Shown piece by piece: positions 11,701 to 24,004 of a stretch of DNA of 64,000 nt. How positions within the stretch are numbered: position 1 is the first letter of the stretch; each line of letters starts with the position of its first letter. Location of the stretch: assembly GCA_040954595.2 (NCBI GenBank), contig CM082584.2, positions 5,894,110 to 5,958,109 of the forward strand, in the 5' to 3' direction. The translations under genes were made by a program, and so were the position numbers. Source of the DNA: Balanoglossus misakiensis (Eukaryota; Animalia; Hemichordata). The notes below the pieces were generated by a model. That model did not search any database. It worked only from the letters and a program-made list of their open reading frames with translations, and had not been told where the DNA came from.

Positions 11701-12369
11701 CAAGTCATATGAGCCTGGCATGAGTAGTTGTTACACATATGGTTTACATTGCATGGCCTGCATTTCCCATGATGCCTGGCGATGATCAAGCTTTGCTGTC
11801 TCGTGTTACACATGTACATTGTATTAAAGCTGTTTTCTGGGTTAACTTGTTGTGTACTTCTCTGACGAACCAGACACCACAAGCGCGTTAGAAACTTGCC
11901 AGTTTGGGAAGCTGATGGCAACTGTGTGGCAGGATAAATGATGAAGAGGATCAATGGGCAGCACAAGTACATACATGAAGATAAAACCCATACTATCGGA
12001 TGAATAAATTTTTCATCAACTGAAAAATACATACCCTATGCAAAATAATGATCTGTTTGACAACAACTAAATTGGTTATTTTCGGTAATAAAAAGATTTT
12101 ACATGGCAATGATGAGTACCGGTACATGAGTTTGTTGTTAGTAATTAACGACTGAGCCAACATTTGACATGCTAAGGATGAACATAATCTGAATTATATT
12201 AAAATGAGAGGCATGTTATTGTACAATGAAAACAATTCAAGTATCACAATAACAACATGATGACTGCCAGTACCCTGTGATATGCCGTACAGAGATACAC
12301 TATCAACTGATCAATGCCATATTATCAAAACAGGAGTGTAACGACCCCCAAGAGACTGAAATCTTTTGG

Positions 12370-12455
12370 TCTAGCGCCCTCGCGCTGTGAAGACAATCCG
12401 GAGGTGCATTGTGGGAGGAAAATTATTACAAATTTGATGGCCGCATGGTAAGTAA
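12370..12455 (+). promoter_or_regulatory. Putative promoter/first exon with ZNF143/STAF-like site and splice donor
   Basis: CpG-richer patch, GCATTGTGGGA at 12406-12416, then ATGGCCGCATG|GTAAGT. Confidence 0.3.
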
Positions 12456-12556
12456 GTGGTGGTTGAATTTTGTGAGTACTATATGACTTTTGCCGCAATT
12501 TAATAATTATTGGTACTCTTTACAACTTAAATTGTTTCTCTGTTCATTCCACAAGT

Positions 12557-12597
12557 GCATCTGAAGAAGGGGACTACATGTTCCCGAAAGCTTATGC
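12557..12597 (+). ncRNA. Minimal hammerhead ribozyme of Penelope-like retroelement pLTR type
   Basis: GCAT-CTGAAGA-A-GGGGAC tacat GTTCCC-GAAA-GCTT-ATGC. This has the conserved CUGANGA and GAAA cores, a stem II hairpin, a palindromic AAGCTT minimal stem III, and GCAT/ATGC flanks for stem I. Confidence 0.7.
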
Positions 12598-13433
12598 TGA
12601 AATTTAACTGTTGATCACAGAGTGCTACATAACTTTATTGCAACTTAAATTTAATAGGTGATTCTAGAATAGAGCGAGCCACTGCCACCACAATATGAAC
12701 ACCAGTCAAATTCCAACATAGCTATTCCATCTGCCTGGCTAAGCATTATTTAGGCCGATGTAAGGACAAACCCCATCATATGTGATCAAAAAGCTGATGG
12801 ATGGGTTGTTCGAACCTGAACAACTCAGTGGGATTCATTGGCACCACCCTATTAGCATGTGGTGACGGCGCTGACTTGTATGTAAGAAGTTTCTTTAAAA
12901 TGTCTGAATCATTGTATTCTATGATAATGACATGTTTTGCATGACCCTGGAGTGAAATTCTTTAATTGGCTTATTCCCATATTCACTGGATTCAAAATTA
13001 ATGTCATTAAAGGTGCATTTCATTTTATTTGTTTTGGCCATCTACTCGATGATATAAAGTTTTTTCCTGAATTTTAGTTGAATTGTGTGACTTCGAGGTG
13101 GCCAGTGTTCCCAATGCAATCATAAATGGCAGGGGTAGTTAAAGAGACTTGATGCATGTGCAAGTCATTTTATGAAAAAGATCCTTCTTAACCCCAAAGT
13201 CTGCTATAACCAGCCTGATGTTCTCAATGAGTTTACTTTTAAATTCGAAATATTTGGAAATTTTCACTGAAAAAAGTATTGTTTTACAAAGTAAATTTCA
13301 GTCACCTTTACTGAAGTCCACATGTAATAATTTGGAGAAACTTATTATCTTGAATGTTTTTACTTATTTTTGACAACACAGCACTTTAATTTGAACGCTG
13401 GTTGGTTGAGGCACGAAGCAGACGAGACCAGAG

Positions 13434-13805
13434 ATGGCGGAAAGTATGGATCAGGATCGTGTTTTCAGCTGCAAAACCTTTCTAGATTCCAACTACCGGC
13501 GACACGTACAGAGTAAAACGCATCGAACCCTATGTGCGTCGGATCAGTGGCAAGTTACAGGTACAGCCGATAATGGGACAGCGACACCAACGTCAACATT
13601 TCCAGAACCATTCATTGGTGACGGAAAGTGTGGATAATTTTGGTACTTTCACAGAGGCGTTCGGAACATATCCAAAACGACAATTCCGACACTCAAACAG
13701 ATGACGATGGTTTGGAAGAATTAAGCGATACAAATTGGTATCGTTTTCCAAGCAAGATTTTCTTTTTGTTATATGCATTATGCCATTCAGGACCTAGACC
13801 GATGG
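13434..13805 (+). pseudogene. Frameshifted fragment of probable transposon-derived protein (C2H2-like finger remnant plus WYxFPSK motif)
   Basis: CKTFLDSNYRRHVQSKTH, then a frameshift to NWYRFPSKIFFLLYALCHSGPRPM|GTAAG donor. Confidence 0.3.
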
Positions 13806-14534
13806 TAAGCAGTTTATATTACATTGTAATGTTATATTGAAACTTTTTTGGTTGCATTTTTGTTGTTGTTGTTGTATTTGCAAGTTGCGAATACGGAAAA
13901 TTATATAATTTTTTGGTACTATTTTTCTTATTAAAATCAATATGACCAGTGGTTGTCGAGTTTTTGTGTTTTGACCAATTTCACATTTTCCCAGCTAATT
14001 TACATATTTTTGGCAATGACAACTTCATTTGAACAAACTCCCATCTACAATCCTGCCTGCATCTACACACCAAATATCGAGGTCTTTTGCGCTGCGGTTT
14101 TCAAGTTTTTGATGTGGACGGACATACAGACATACATACATCCATACATCCCATAAGGTCCCATGGTACATACTGAAGATGCTTAGGGAAGAACTTTTCA
14201 CTGAGGTGAATGGCAGACAGTTGTTGAACAGGGAATAGAAACATCAAACAAATACTGTTTAATCGTGTTTGATCATCACAAATGCCAAAAAAAAAAAAAA
14301 TTAAAATGGAACAACTGTACACATGCATTGTAAAATATGAGGGGAAAATCGAACATGATCCATCTGAGAAACATTCTTAGGCCTATCAGAGGCAGAAACC
14401 GTTCACACAGTTCATTACAGAAATGAAAAGACATCTCTTTCAGGAAATAGAAACTCTACTGGTCGAACACAAAAGTGCTTTCCAGAAACTATTCAGTCAA
14501 CTTTGCTGTCCACCTGATATTTCCTTCGTCCAGG

Positions 14535-16168
14535 ATGCTGTTACATGCATTTGGGCACAAATGGAACACATATTTACAACTTTTGTTTCCCTGCTTATAG
14601 ATGAAAAGAAAAAGCTGCTGGAACATCAAGATGAAATAGTAAAGGAATATTTATCCATGCTGCCATCATCAACAACGAAAACGACTGAAAGAAGCAAGAA
14701 ACAGGAAACAAGGAAGCGACTGAAATTTCCAAAAGAAGCCCCTGTTGTTAAGGTAATAAAGCTGATGTTTGTTGACACATAGTTTAATGGGTTGTCTTTA
14801 TTTGAAGGAAATATGTTTATTTGTCTAAAACAGCCACAGGTTATTGGAAGTGCCTAATATGGTCCAATTAATTCACTTTGTCATGCAAAGTGGATTTCAC
14901 TAAGTCTTATAAACGAACTGTTAAGCAAATTATGAGTGTATTTACTTTGTTGTTCTTATTTATCAACAGGAGAAGCCAATAAACTTGATGGAGGGGAGCC
15001 CACCTTCGGATGTGGAGTCAAGCCACCGGGCAACACCAGTGAGCCATGTGGGCAGCCCGGTGGTTTTGAATGTGCGGGGACAATGTTGTAGTAATAGGCG
15101 GCTGGAGGAAAAATTAGATAAGCTCATAAACTTGGTCGACAACATGTCCGCCATTTTAGGCAAATTTTTAGAAAATATGTCAGGCCAAATCAACCCAACC
15201 TGCGTTGAGGTTGATGATCAGGCAAATCATCAATATTTGCCTGATGAGGTCATTTTTGACGCACATAAAAAATCAGGGGCTGATAGCAGGAGTTTTACCA
15301 CAAGACTTAACCTCTTCACAGAAGAGGAGTGGAAAATAAATAATGTCAGTGAGACAAGAGGGAAAGTTAAACTCGATGAAAGTAGGATAGACTATATTAA
15401 ACGACTGGTGTTTAAATTTTATCCATGCCCAACTTCCATTAAGAGTAGCCAATGGGCTAACTGTATCAGAGGCAGCAACGAATCTCTAACTAAGTTCCAT
15501 GTTTAACATGTCTTGGCAAACTTGAATACAACAAGCCAATCAGCAGGGAATAACCTGGTTGTAACTGGAGAGATGCTAAAATGAACTTTTTGCTTACAAC
15601 CCTTTAATCAGATGCAGTTTTTCCACTCTGGTCAGTTTATCATTATCGTTATGCATGTTGCAGTTACCTATTTAGGGTGTTATGATTTTTTTATTCGAAA
15701 AAAACATTTATATGTGACTAGAAGAACACTAATTATAGTTTACTCTTTGGTCAGTGGTTGTGTCATGTACTTCCTGTATGTAGAGAGTGATACCTTGTTG
15801 TTAAAAATTACCAAATTTTGCTATGTGTCTGTAAAATGGGGTATTGCCATTGTGTAGTCGATAGGTTTTTTTTAATTTTTATATTTTACCTGTGTTCTGA
15901 TGACCTAAGTAAAACTATTGAATAATGTCAACCAATACACTTCTATATTTTATTTTATTTTCAGTTTCACATCCCACTCATCACCATAGCCAGCAACTCC
16001 ATCAGTCAACAGTTCCATAAACACAAGCGCAGATTTATCACCAGTGTCTTACACACCACCACAGCAACAGCCAGAAATAAATACAGCACAAACCCAACAG
16101 CCAGCATCACTACCAGTACAAACCCAACATCACTACCGTCACGCCACAGTCAACGGTCAGTAAGGAGG
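14535..16168 (+). repeat. Copy A of ~1.6-kb segmental duplication carrying a BEN-domain exon
   Basis: Near-identical to 17313-18872, as shown by the paired ORFs 14423/17339, 14985/17753 and 15612/18371. Confidence 0.9.
14970..15506 (+). CDS. Coiled-coil plus C-terminal BEN domain exon (possibly pseudogenic, transposon accessory gene)
   Basis: LEEKLDKLINLVDNM coiled coil, then LFTEEEW..NVSETRGKVKLDESRIDYIKRLVFKFYP..WANCIRGSNE, a BEN-domain pattern. An AG acceptor lies at ~14968. Confidence 0.6.
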   Translation, partial: EKPINLMEGSPPSDVESSHRATPVSHVGSPVVLNVRGQCCSNRRLEEKLDKLINLVDNMSAILGKFLENMSGQINPTCVEVDDQANHQYLPDEVIFDAHKKSGADSRSFTTRLNLFTEEEWKINNVSETRGKVKLDESRIDYIKRLVFKFYPCPTSIKSSQWANCIRGSNESLTKFHV

Positions 16169-16544
16169 GTTTATGGTCTTTTGGTGAGCGACATCAGGAC
16201 AGACACACTGTGGTTGGTACTGATGTTCAGTGCCAATGGGACCGACCCAAAAAGTCTGTGGTACCACAGCTCATGGATGACATTGATGTCAGAAAAAAGA
16301 GGAGCACTGAACTGATACAACCAACAGTTGCTATGTACAAGCCTGCAACAATGCCAGATGATCATGATCTTGAAAAAAAGGTAAGAATTAGGACCATTCA
16401 ACTTTACCCATACTATTGGATGTACGGTCAGTAACAGTGATGCTGAGCCCATGATCTCCACTAAGACATGTTGGCCACAATGAAGACTGCCTACTCGAAA
16501 ACGTTTGGAAAGTTGAGAGTATTGGCATTACCGACGAGTATATA

Positions 16545-16620
16545 ATAAGTATTGTCCTACTGAGGATAATCCAGCTGATATGCTGTCTCGCGGAATCCAG
16601 ATAGTTCAGCTCATCAATAA
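16545..16620 (+). mobile_element. Short Bel/Pao RNase H remnant
   Basis: KYCPTEDNPADMLSRGI, the same motif as YCPTGDNPADLLTRG in the intact element. Confidence 0.6.
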
Positions 16621-16879
16621 CAAAATGACAGGGACCACAGTAGTGTTGAAATCAGTAGAAGACAGCATATGTCACTGGTGCTCTAATGAAATTCATTGAG
16701 GACCAGGGACAAAGGAATGAGAGGGTAATCAATGCAGTCTTGACTTTAACGGAAAATGTCAACAAAGTCGTCGCTAAAGTAGAGGTCATGTTTGACAAGA
16801 TTTCAAACATGCCAAATACTGACACCTCCGTGCACTACAATTGGCGATCATTCAAGCAGCTTTGAAAACATGTTCAATG

Positions 16880-17140
16880 AAGACATTAGATTCAACTTGT
16901 CTGATAACAAGCTGCTTGAAATTACAACAACTTCCAATTTTACAGGCAAACTCATCTCCACAGAGCAAGAAAGACGCACTCTCTCAGGGTAAAGGGATGT
17001 TTGACCTCGAAAAACTAAAATTCATAAAAGAACAATATTCAGACACTTTCCAGCTACCGGGTACACCCCGTAAAGTTCACTTTTTTGGAAACAGTGTTTG
17101 GATGCTATACATGAGGTTAACCACCGGGGTATTGTGTTTT
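16880..17140 (+). pseudogene. Second, divergent decayed BEN-domain remnant
   Basis: NFTGK..(frameshift)..FDLEKLKFIKEQ..(frameshift)..FWKQCLDAIHEVNHR. Confidence 0.4.
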
Positions 17141-17312
17141 ACGAGACTTCATAATCAAATCACGTGCAATTCGATACGTCATGGCGGTACCTGTTAATTT
17201 ATATTCACACTTACCCCTAGCATTAAATTTTAATATTAAGATAAGTGAAAATCTTATATAATTGTACATAAGTAGCTTGTATAGTAATTATCAGTCAATA
17301 ATCTTTCGGTTC

Positions 17313-18872
17313 ATGCTGTTACATGCATTTGGGCACAAATGGAACACATATTTATAACTTTTGTTTCCCTGCTTATAGATGAAAAGAAAAAGTTGGTGGA
17401 CCACCAAGATGAATTGGTAAAAGAATATTTTCCGACACAGCCATCAGCAAGCCTGCTGCCATCATCAAGAAGCAAGAAACAAGAAACAAGGAAGCGTCTG
17501 AAATTTCCAAAAGAAGCCCCTGTTAAGGTAATAAAGCTGATGTTTGTAGACACGTTGTTACGTGGGGTGTCTTTATTTGAAGGAAATATGTGTACTTGTC
17601 TAAAACAGAGCACAGGTTATTTGAAGTGCCATGGAAGGACCTGGTCCAATTCATTCAATGCGGATTTCACTAAGTTTAACTGTTAAGCAAGTTACGATTA
17701 TGAGTGTATTCACTTTGTTGTTCTTATTTATCAACAGGAGAAGCCAATAAACTTGATGGAGGGGATCCCACCTTCGGATGTGGAGTCTAGCCACTGGGCA
17801 ACACCAGTGAGCCATGTGGGCAGCCCGGTGGTTTTGAATGTGCGGGGACAATGTTGTAGTAATAGGCGGCTGGAGGAAAAATTAGATAAGCTCATAAACT
17901 CGGTCGACAACATGTCTGCCATTTTAGGCAAATTTTTAGAAAATATGTCAGGCCAAATCAACCCAACCTGCGTTGAGGTTGATGATCAGGCAAATCATCA
18001 ATATTTGCCTGATGAGGTCATTTTTGACGCACATAAAAAATCAGGGGCTGATAGCAGGAGTTTTACCACAAGACTTAACAAGACTCAACCTATTCACAGA
18101 AGAGGAGTGGAAAATAAATACTGTCAGTGAGACAAGAGGGAAAGTTAAACTCGATGAAAGTAGGATAGACTATATTAAACGACTGGTGTTTAAATTTTAT
18201 CCGTAGCCAATGGGCGACTGTATCAGATGCATCAACGAATCTCTAACTAAGTTCCATGTTTAACGTGTCTTGGCAAACTTGAATAGTACAACAAACCAAT
18301 CAGCAGGGAATAACCTGGTTGTAACTGGAGAGATGCTAAATGAACTTTTTGCTTACAACCCTTTAATCAGATGCAGTTTTTCCACTCTGGTCAGTTTATC
18401 ATTATCGTTATGCATGTTGCAGTTACTTATTTAGGGTGTTATGATTTTTTTATTCGAAAAAAACATTTATATGTGACTAGAAGAACACAAATTATAGTTT
18501 ATTCTTTGGTCAGTGGTTGTGTCATGTACTTCCTGTATGTAGAGAGTGATACCTTGTTAAAAATTACCAAATTTTGCTATGTGTCTGTAAAATGGGGTAT
18601 TGCCATTGTGTAGTCGATTTAATTTTTATATTTTACCTGTGTTCTGATGACCTAAGTAAAACTATTGAATAATGTCAACCAATACACTTCTATATTTCAT
18701 TTTCTTTTCAGTTTCACATCCCACTCATCACCCATCACCCCAGCCAGCAACTCCATCAGTCAACAGTTCCATAAACACTAGTGCAGAACTATCACCAGTG
18801 TCTAACACACCACCACAAACCCAACAGCCAGCATCACTAACCGTCACGCCACAGTCAACGGTCAGTAAGGAG
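17313..18872 (+). repeat. Copy B of ~1.6-kb duplication; BEN exon frameshifted and truncated
   Basis: A short duplication (ACAAGACTTA ACAAGACTCA) at ~18070 shifts the frame, and a deletion creates a TAG at 18204-18206. Confidence 0.9.
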
Positions 18873-19085
18873 GACCAGAAAAGTGCAAGACGATGAAGAA
18901 CTGAAACAAGACCTGGCAACCCTTAAGAAACTGCACCAAATGAAGAGATCAGGGGACCTTCACGACCCGATACTCAATTGTCCAATTCCAAAAAAACGGC
19001 GTCGTAATAAACCAGTTCCATCTAGTGGCCCTTAAAAAAACAAAATCCAACAGAGTACAGCAGATGGATATCTGCGTCCCATTAG

Positions 19086-19450
19086 CACCACCTAATTGGT
19101 GGCAATGATATCACACGTCATTATTGCCAGTTGGAACGTCACAACAATCCGTGTAGCGATGTTCTGGCGAAGTTTGATATGTTGCTGAGAGTTGCGAAAC
19201 GCCACATTCCAGAAAATAGTGTTATTGTCGTGGGTCTCCTGCCACGTATGCCGGCTGACGCAGTCCGGTACACCAACAGACATCTGAAGCAGGCCACAGA
19301 GTCATTTGGCTTCACGTTTGTTGATCCACGGCCGGTGTTGTGCGAGTCGAAGTATGTGGTCAAACGAGGGATGTTTGTGGATGACCACATCCATCTCACT
19401 TTAATTTATTTGGGCAGGAGGCACTCGCTCATGCAATTTTGGGCGCTATC
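19086..19450 (+). pseudogene. SGNH/GDSL hydrolase-fold fragment (as found in LINE ORF1 and other transposon accessory proteins)
   Basis: HLIGGNDIT (block III GxND), VIVVGLLPR, FTFVD and FVDDHIHL (block V DxxH) lie in one frame, with an upstream in-frame stop. Confidence 0.6.
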
Positions 19451-20069
19451 TGCAGAAGTGAAGCCGAGGTCACCTAGAGGAACCAGCCGACAACGCGTCC
19501 ACAAGTCTCCACCCCCGATGCCCAAATAAAACACAGCACCAAGGTCATGCAGCCATGCCAAACAGATGATCCAAAATCACTCATCAATGCTGCTCTTTGC
19601 AAGTTGAGAGCGGCAGCAACCTCGTTCTTACACGAGCCATATACCGGTACAGGCACTGTGTAGAAGTGCGGTGGTTCACACAAACGAGTCCTTTTCAGGA
19701 CTACATAACAAACAGCCCGTCAGCAAAGCCCTGTTCTCTTACAGGACTTTGTGCAGAGACGAAGCCAGGAACACCTTGAAACTTTGGCAGTGGAATATTC
19801 CTTAGAATTCCTTGGCAATTAACCTGGAACATGGGCTGAATTTGCAGCAACAACACCACCAGCCATTAACCCAACCTAAATCCTGATCTTGGCACCAGTC
19901 TACCCTGGTGTAAGTGTGGTCAGTGCCAGGATATGCCAACACAGCAGGAGAAGAAATTTATGCATCACAACCAGGGTTGTAAAACCAACACATTTTTTCC
20001 CACCTGATTATGGACACAAATGTTTTGGAGGTGGCCAGCAGACATAAACGTAACGCTGATCAGCCATTA

Positions 20070-20750
20070 CCTGTGAAAGTCAAATATGCTGCACAGGTAA
20101 CTACTGGTCATCTTTTGATATACCGGTACAGTCCCTCAACTAACACAGACAATTAAATAAATAAAATCTTGATAGCAATGCTTAATTATTGTTGAAAGAA
20201 AGCCACGTCCTATTTAAATGAAGTATCAAAACAGGTAATTTACCCATTCATTAATTCATTATCAGAAGTACAAATGTAACTTGTATTGTTTTATGTTTCA
20301 GGTTCTCAGTACAGCAGTTGCAAATGCCATTGAACTGTTTGCACCAAATGGGGGTTGTCAGCAGTTAGCACCAACAGTGGAATTTATTCGAATGTTTGAT
20401 AAATTCTTTGACTGCCTGAATGTAAGAAGCACGACTGAAGGCCACTTAAAACGAAAACCAGATCTATAAATCCGCATCGGTCTCCTGATGATCCTAGACT
20501 GCAGGTTGGTATGGATTCTTGGTAAATTGTGATTTCATGTATTTTGGAGTATAAAGTCAGAATGCTGCATGTAAAAAAAATGCCATTTTCCCCCGTTCAT
20601 GTTTACTTTAAAAACTTCTTCAATTTCAGTGGCTGATAAGCGTATTTCTTAATTATTGAGGGACTGAGTTGACACCAGAGAAGGCTTAAGTAAATCAGAA
20701 AAGAACAGGATGAAACTCTGGAAGGACGGTTTATGACAGGTAATGAACAT
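20070..20750 (+). pseudogene. Intron-containing P-element (THAP9-like) transposase remnant
   Basis: VKVKYAAQ|VLSTAVANAI..TVEFIRMFDKFFDCLNVRS..SPDDPRLQ|WL across GT-AG introns 20097-20301 and 20505-20629, with stops and frameshifts. Confidence 0.75.
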
Positions 20751-22090
20751 CTAGTCAGATTTAATGGTATTTGAATCTTGACATACATTTTAAACTATTT
20801 TTCTTTGAATTCAAAGAACCCAACCAGACTAATCAATGCCTGCCCACATTTTTATATAATGCTAATTAAAAGTATTTTCTTTCTTTCAATAACAGCAAAC
20901 TTCTGGAAGTACAGGTTTTTCCATGTACAACATTTGCGGAATACACTGCGCATACATTTACCCCAAGGGAGGTTTGTAACATGGAACTGTTAATAATGAA
21001 ATTACTAAATTTCAAATTAACAACAGTTCCAGTGACAACCTTCCTTGGGTGTATATGGGAATTGAATCCCTAAATAAAAAGGGAAACAAGAGAAGTTGCA
21101 CAGGTAAGACATTTGGATTGAAAACATTTAAGTCAGATGTGACAGATGATAAAAAAGAATAAAGTTAGTCAAAAGAAAACAAGCCATCTTGAAAAGTATA
21201 CACACTTAATAATGTTTGTGTCAAAATAGTAAGATTTGTCTAATCTTGAACTTTGTAACCGTAGTGCTGCCACTAGTCCTTATTGTTTTTAGGCACCATC
21301 AACTAATTGGGGCAAATCTTACAGGAGCAAACGATAAGAAGGCCCTGGATGGGAACATTATTGAATACCCAATCATGTGGAAAATGGGAAAATGGTGAAG
21401 TATCTCAGAAGAAACAGGATGACCTAATTAATACAGTTTTTCAGACAAATCCAAACTTCTGATGACCAGACATATCTTCATGTGGATAGCAGAAAGCTTT
21501 GTTTTGTTTACTTCCTTCACCTCAAGGGATTAGAAATTCAGATCAGCCGAATTCTTTATATGAAACCATACGAGAGATACAAAAGATACAAGACATTTCT
21601 CGACTATCATCAAGTTAGGTGTGAATTGCATTGGAATGTGTTTGAATGGCTATTAGAAATGTGTAACCATGGGTGATAGTTGTTGACTACGGAAAGAGAC
21701 CTCTCTACCAAAGAAAAGTTGATTCCCCTTGATACCAACATTGATGAACAGTGCACTATAGATACTTGTGTAGCTGTGTATCCAATATGTGGAGGTAGTT
21801 GTGCATTCTGTACAACCCTTAGCAAGGGTGGCAGGAAGAAAAATACAAGGCGGGGCCAGTGGTGCAGGTTTGAGTAACCCAGAAGTTAAATCCAAGAAAC
21901 CCGAAGATAAGCTGCAGGTTTTACCAAACACTGACATGCTTTGTGCATATGCAAAATCCAAAGCTGGTAAGAAGTATCAGTGTGAATTGGAACTTAATAC
22001 AGAAAGATTTACTTCAACTACATCTCGGGAGTTTGAATGTCCCATATGTAAAGAGTATTTATCTATTTATGCGTACATTTTTTATAGGTG

Positions 22091-23170
22091 AGCAATAAAA
22101 TTACCCCCCCCCCCCCCCAATATTATTGACAAAAACATAACTGACTGGGGCAATGAATAAACAAGAGAGGTTTTGTACTGATCTGAGTGACTAGGGTCTT
22201 GTGAGAAGAAAGTTGCCCAGAGTAAAATATTCCCAAGATCTCTCCAAAATGTACTAACCAATAAAATTACCCCCCCCCCCCCCCCCCGAATTATTGACAC
22301 AACAGTATACTGACTGGGGCAATGAATGAACAACAGAGGTGTTATACCTATGTGAATAGTAATGTGCCCAGAATACAATATTCCCAAGATATTTCCATAA
22401 TTGACAAAGCAATAAAATTACCCCCCCCCCCCAATATTATTGACAAAAACATAACTGACTGGGGCAATGAATAAACAAGAGAGGTTTTGTACTGATCTGA
22501 GTGACTAGGGTCTTGTGAGAAGAAAGTTGCCCAGAGTAAAATATTCCCAAGATCTCTCCAAAATGTACTAACCAATAAAATTACCCCCCCCCCCCCCCCC
22601 CCCCCCGAATTATTGACACAACAGTATACTGACTGGGGCAATGAATGAACAACAGAGGTGTTATACCTATGTGAATAGTAATGTGCCCAGAGTACAATAT
22701 TCCCAAGATATTTCCATAATTGACAAAGCAATAAAATTACCCCCCCCCCCCCCCAATATTATTGACAAAAACTGTATACTGACTGGGGCAATGAATGAGC
22801 AAGAGAGGTCTTGTACTGATCTGAGTGACTAGGTTCTTGTGAGAAGAAAGGTGCCCAGATTAAAATATTCCCAAGAGCTTTGTGAAATTGACTAAGCAAT
22901 AAAATTACCCCCCCCCCCAATATTATTGACAAAAACTGTTAACTGACTGGGGCAATGAATAAACAAGAGAGGTTTTGTACTGATCTGAGTGACTAAGTAC
23001 TTTGAGCAGTAAGGTGCCCAGAGTTCAATATTCCCAAGATCTTTGCAAAATTGACTAAGCAATAACATTAACCAATCACTACTGTTAACTGACTGGGGCA
23101 TTGAATGAACAAGAGGTGCTGTACTGATCTAAATGACCGAGTGCCTGTGAGACGAAATGAGCCCAGAGCG
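22091..23170. repeat. Tandem satellite of ~150-168-bp units with poly-C tracts (7 units, first four as A/B dimers); degenerate units resume at 23980-24004 and 24776-25160
   Basis: The CAATAAAATTAC-polyC...ACTGACTGGGGCAATGAAT...GCCCAGA unit starts at 22093, 22259, 22410, 22573, 22729, 22897 and 23060. Confidence 0.92.
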
Positions 23171-23173
23171 TAA

Positions 23174-23976
23174 GGGAGCATTCGTTTTTTACAGGGAGGG
23201 GGGGGGGGGGGCCGGTGGAAATCAGGGGGGGGGTTTACTTTTACAAAACAGTTTTTAGGGGGGGGACAAATTTTATAATCAAGGGATTATTATATAGGGA
23301 CTGAAAGGGGGGACTTGAAAACTTTGACGGCTAAATATTTATTTTGAGTCCACAAAAATGCAGTTTCGCGTCCTTTATTTTACAAAATTTTCTAATGTGG
23401 GAGGGGGACACCCCCTCCCACACCCACCCCCTCCATTCATCAACACCTTTCAATCACTGACTGGTTTATCTAGTGTCCCAGGTCAGGGGACTTGCCCCCA
23501 CCCCATGATAACTTTGAGCGGCGACGTTAATTTGCTTTTGCTGGGTTCATTAAAATGCAGCTTTGAGCTCTGTATTTTATAAAATTTTCTTATGTGGGAG
23601 GGGGACACCCCCTCCCAAACCCACCCCCTTCAATTCTCGGTTTACAATGTCTCCCAACACAGAATACAAATACTTAAAATATAAAAACAATGTTCAGTAG
23701 ACATGTAAATAAACAGACATAAATTGACAACAGAGAAAAAGATGCTGAAAAAAGACAAACTGAAAATAGTTGAAGCGCACATATGTGGTATGTCGAACAT
23801 ACACCAATATCTGACAAAGTTTGATAAGTTAATCCGGTGGATAAACTTTTTTTTTTGGGGGGGGGGGGGGGGGGTCACATTTTAGAAAAGTAATTTCCAG
23901 GGGGGGTTGCCTTTTACATTTAGTCGGCGACTCAAATTCCACCGGCCCCCCCTCCCTGTAAAAAACGAATGCTCCC
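23174..23976. mobile_element. PIF/Harbinger-type MITE
   Basis: TIRs GGGAGCATTCGTTTTTTACAGGGAGGG(G)nCCGGTGGAA at both ends, flanked by TAA on each side. Removing the element restores the satellite unit. Confidence 0.85.
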
Positions 23977-24004
23977 TAAAATACCCAAGATCTTTCTAAA
24001 ATTG

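Noticed and set aside
21290-22090. Cys-rich fragments (MCNHG, CGGSCAFC, FECPICK) possibly from a KDZ/CxC transposase
   Set aside because: Too degenerate to assign; multiple stops and frameshifts.
22082-23101. Repeated ORFs with poly-Gly/poly-Pro, and a possible CRISPR-like array
   Set aside because: These are translations of a satellite. The units are repeated in full with no unique spacers, there are no cas genes, and the context is eukaryotic.
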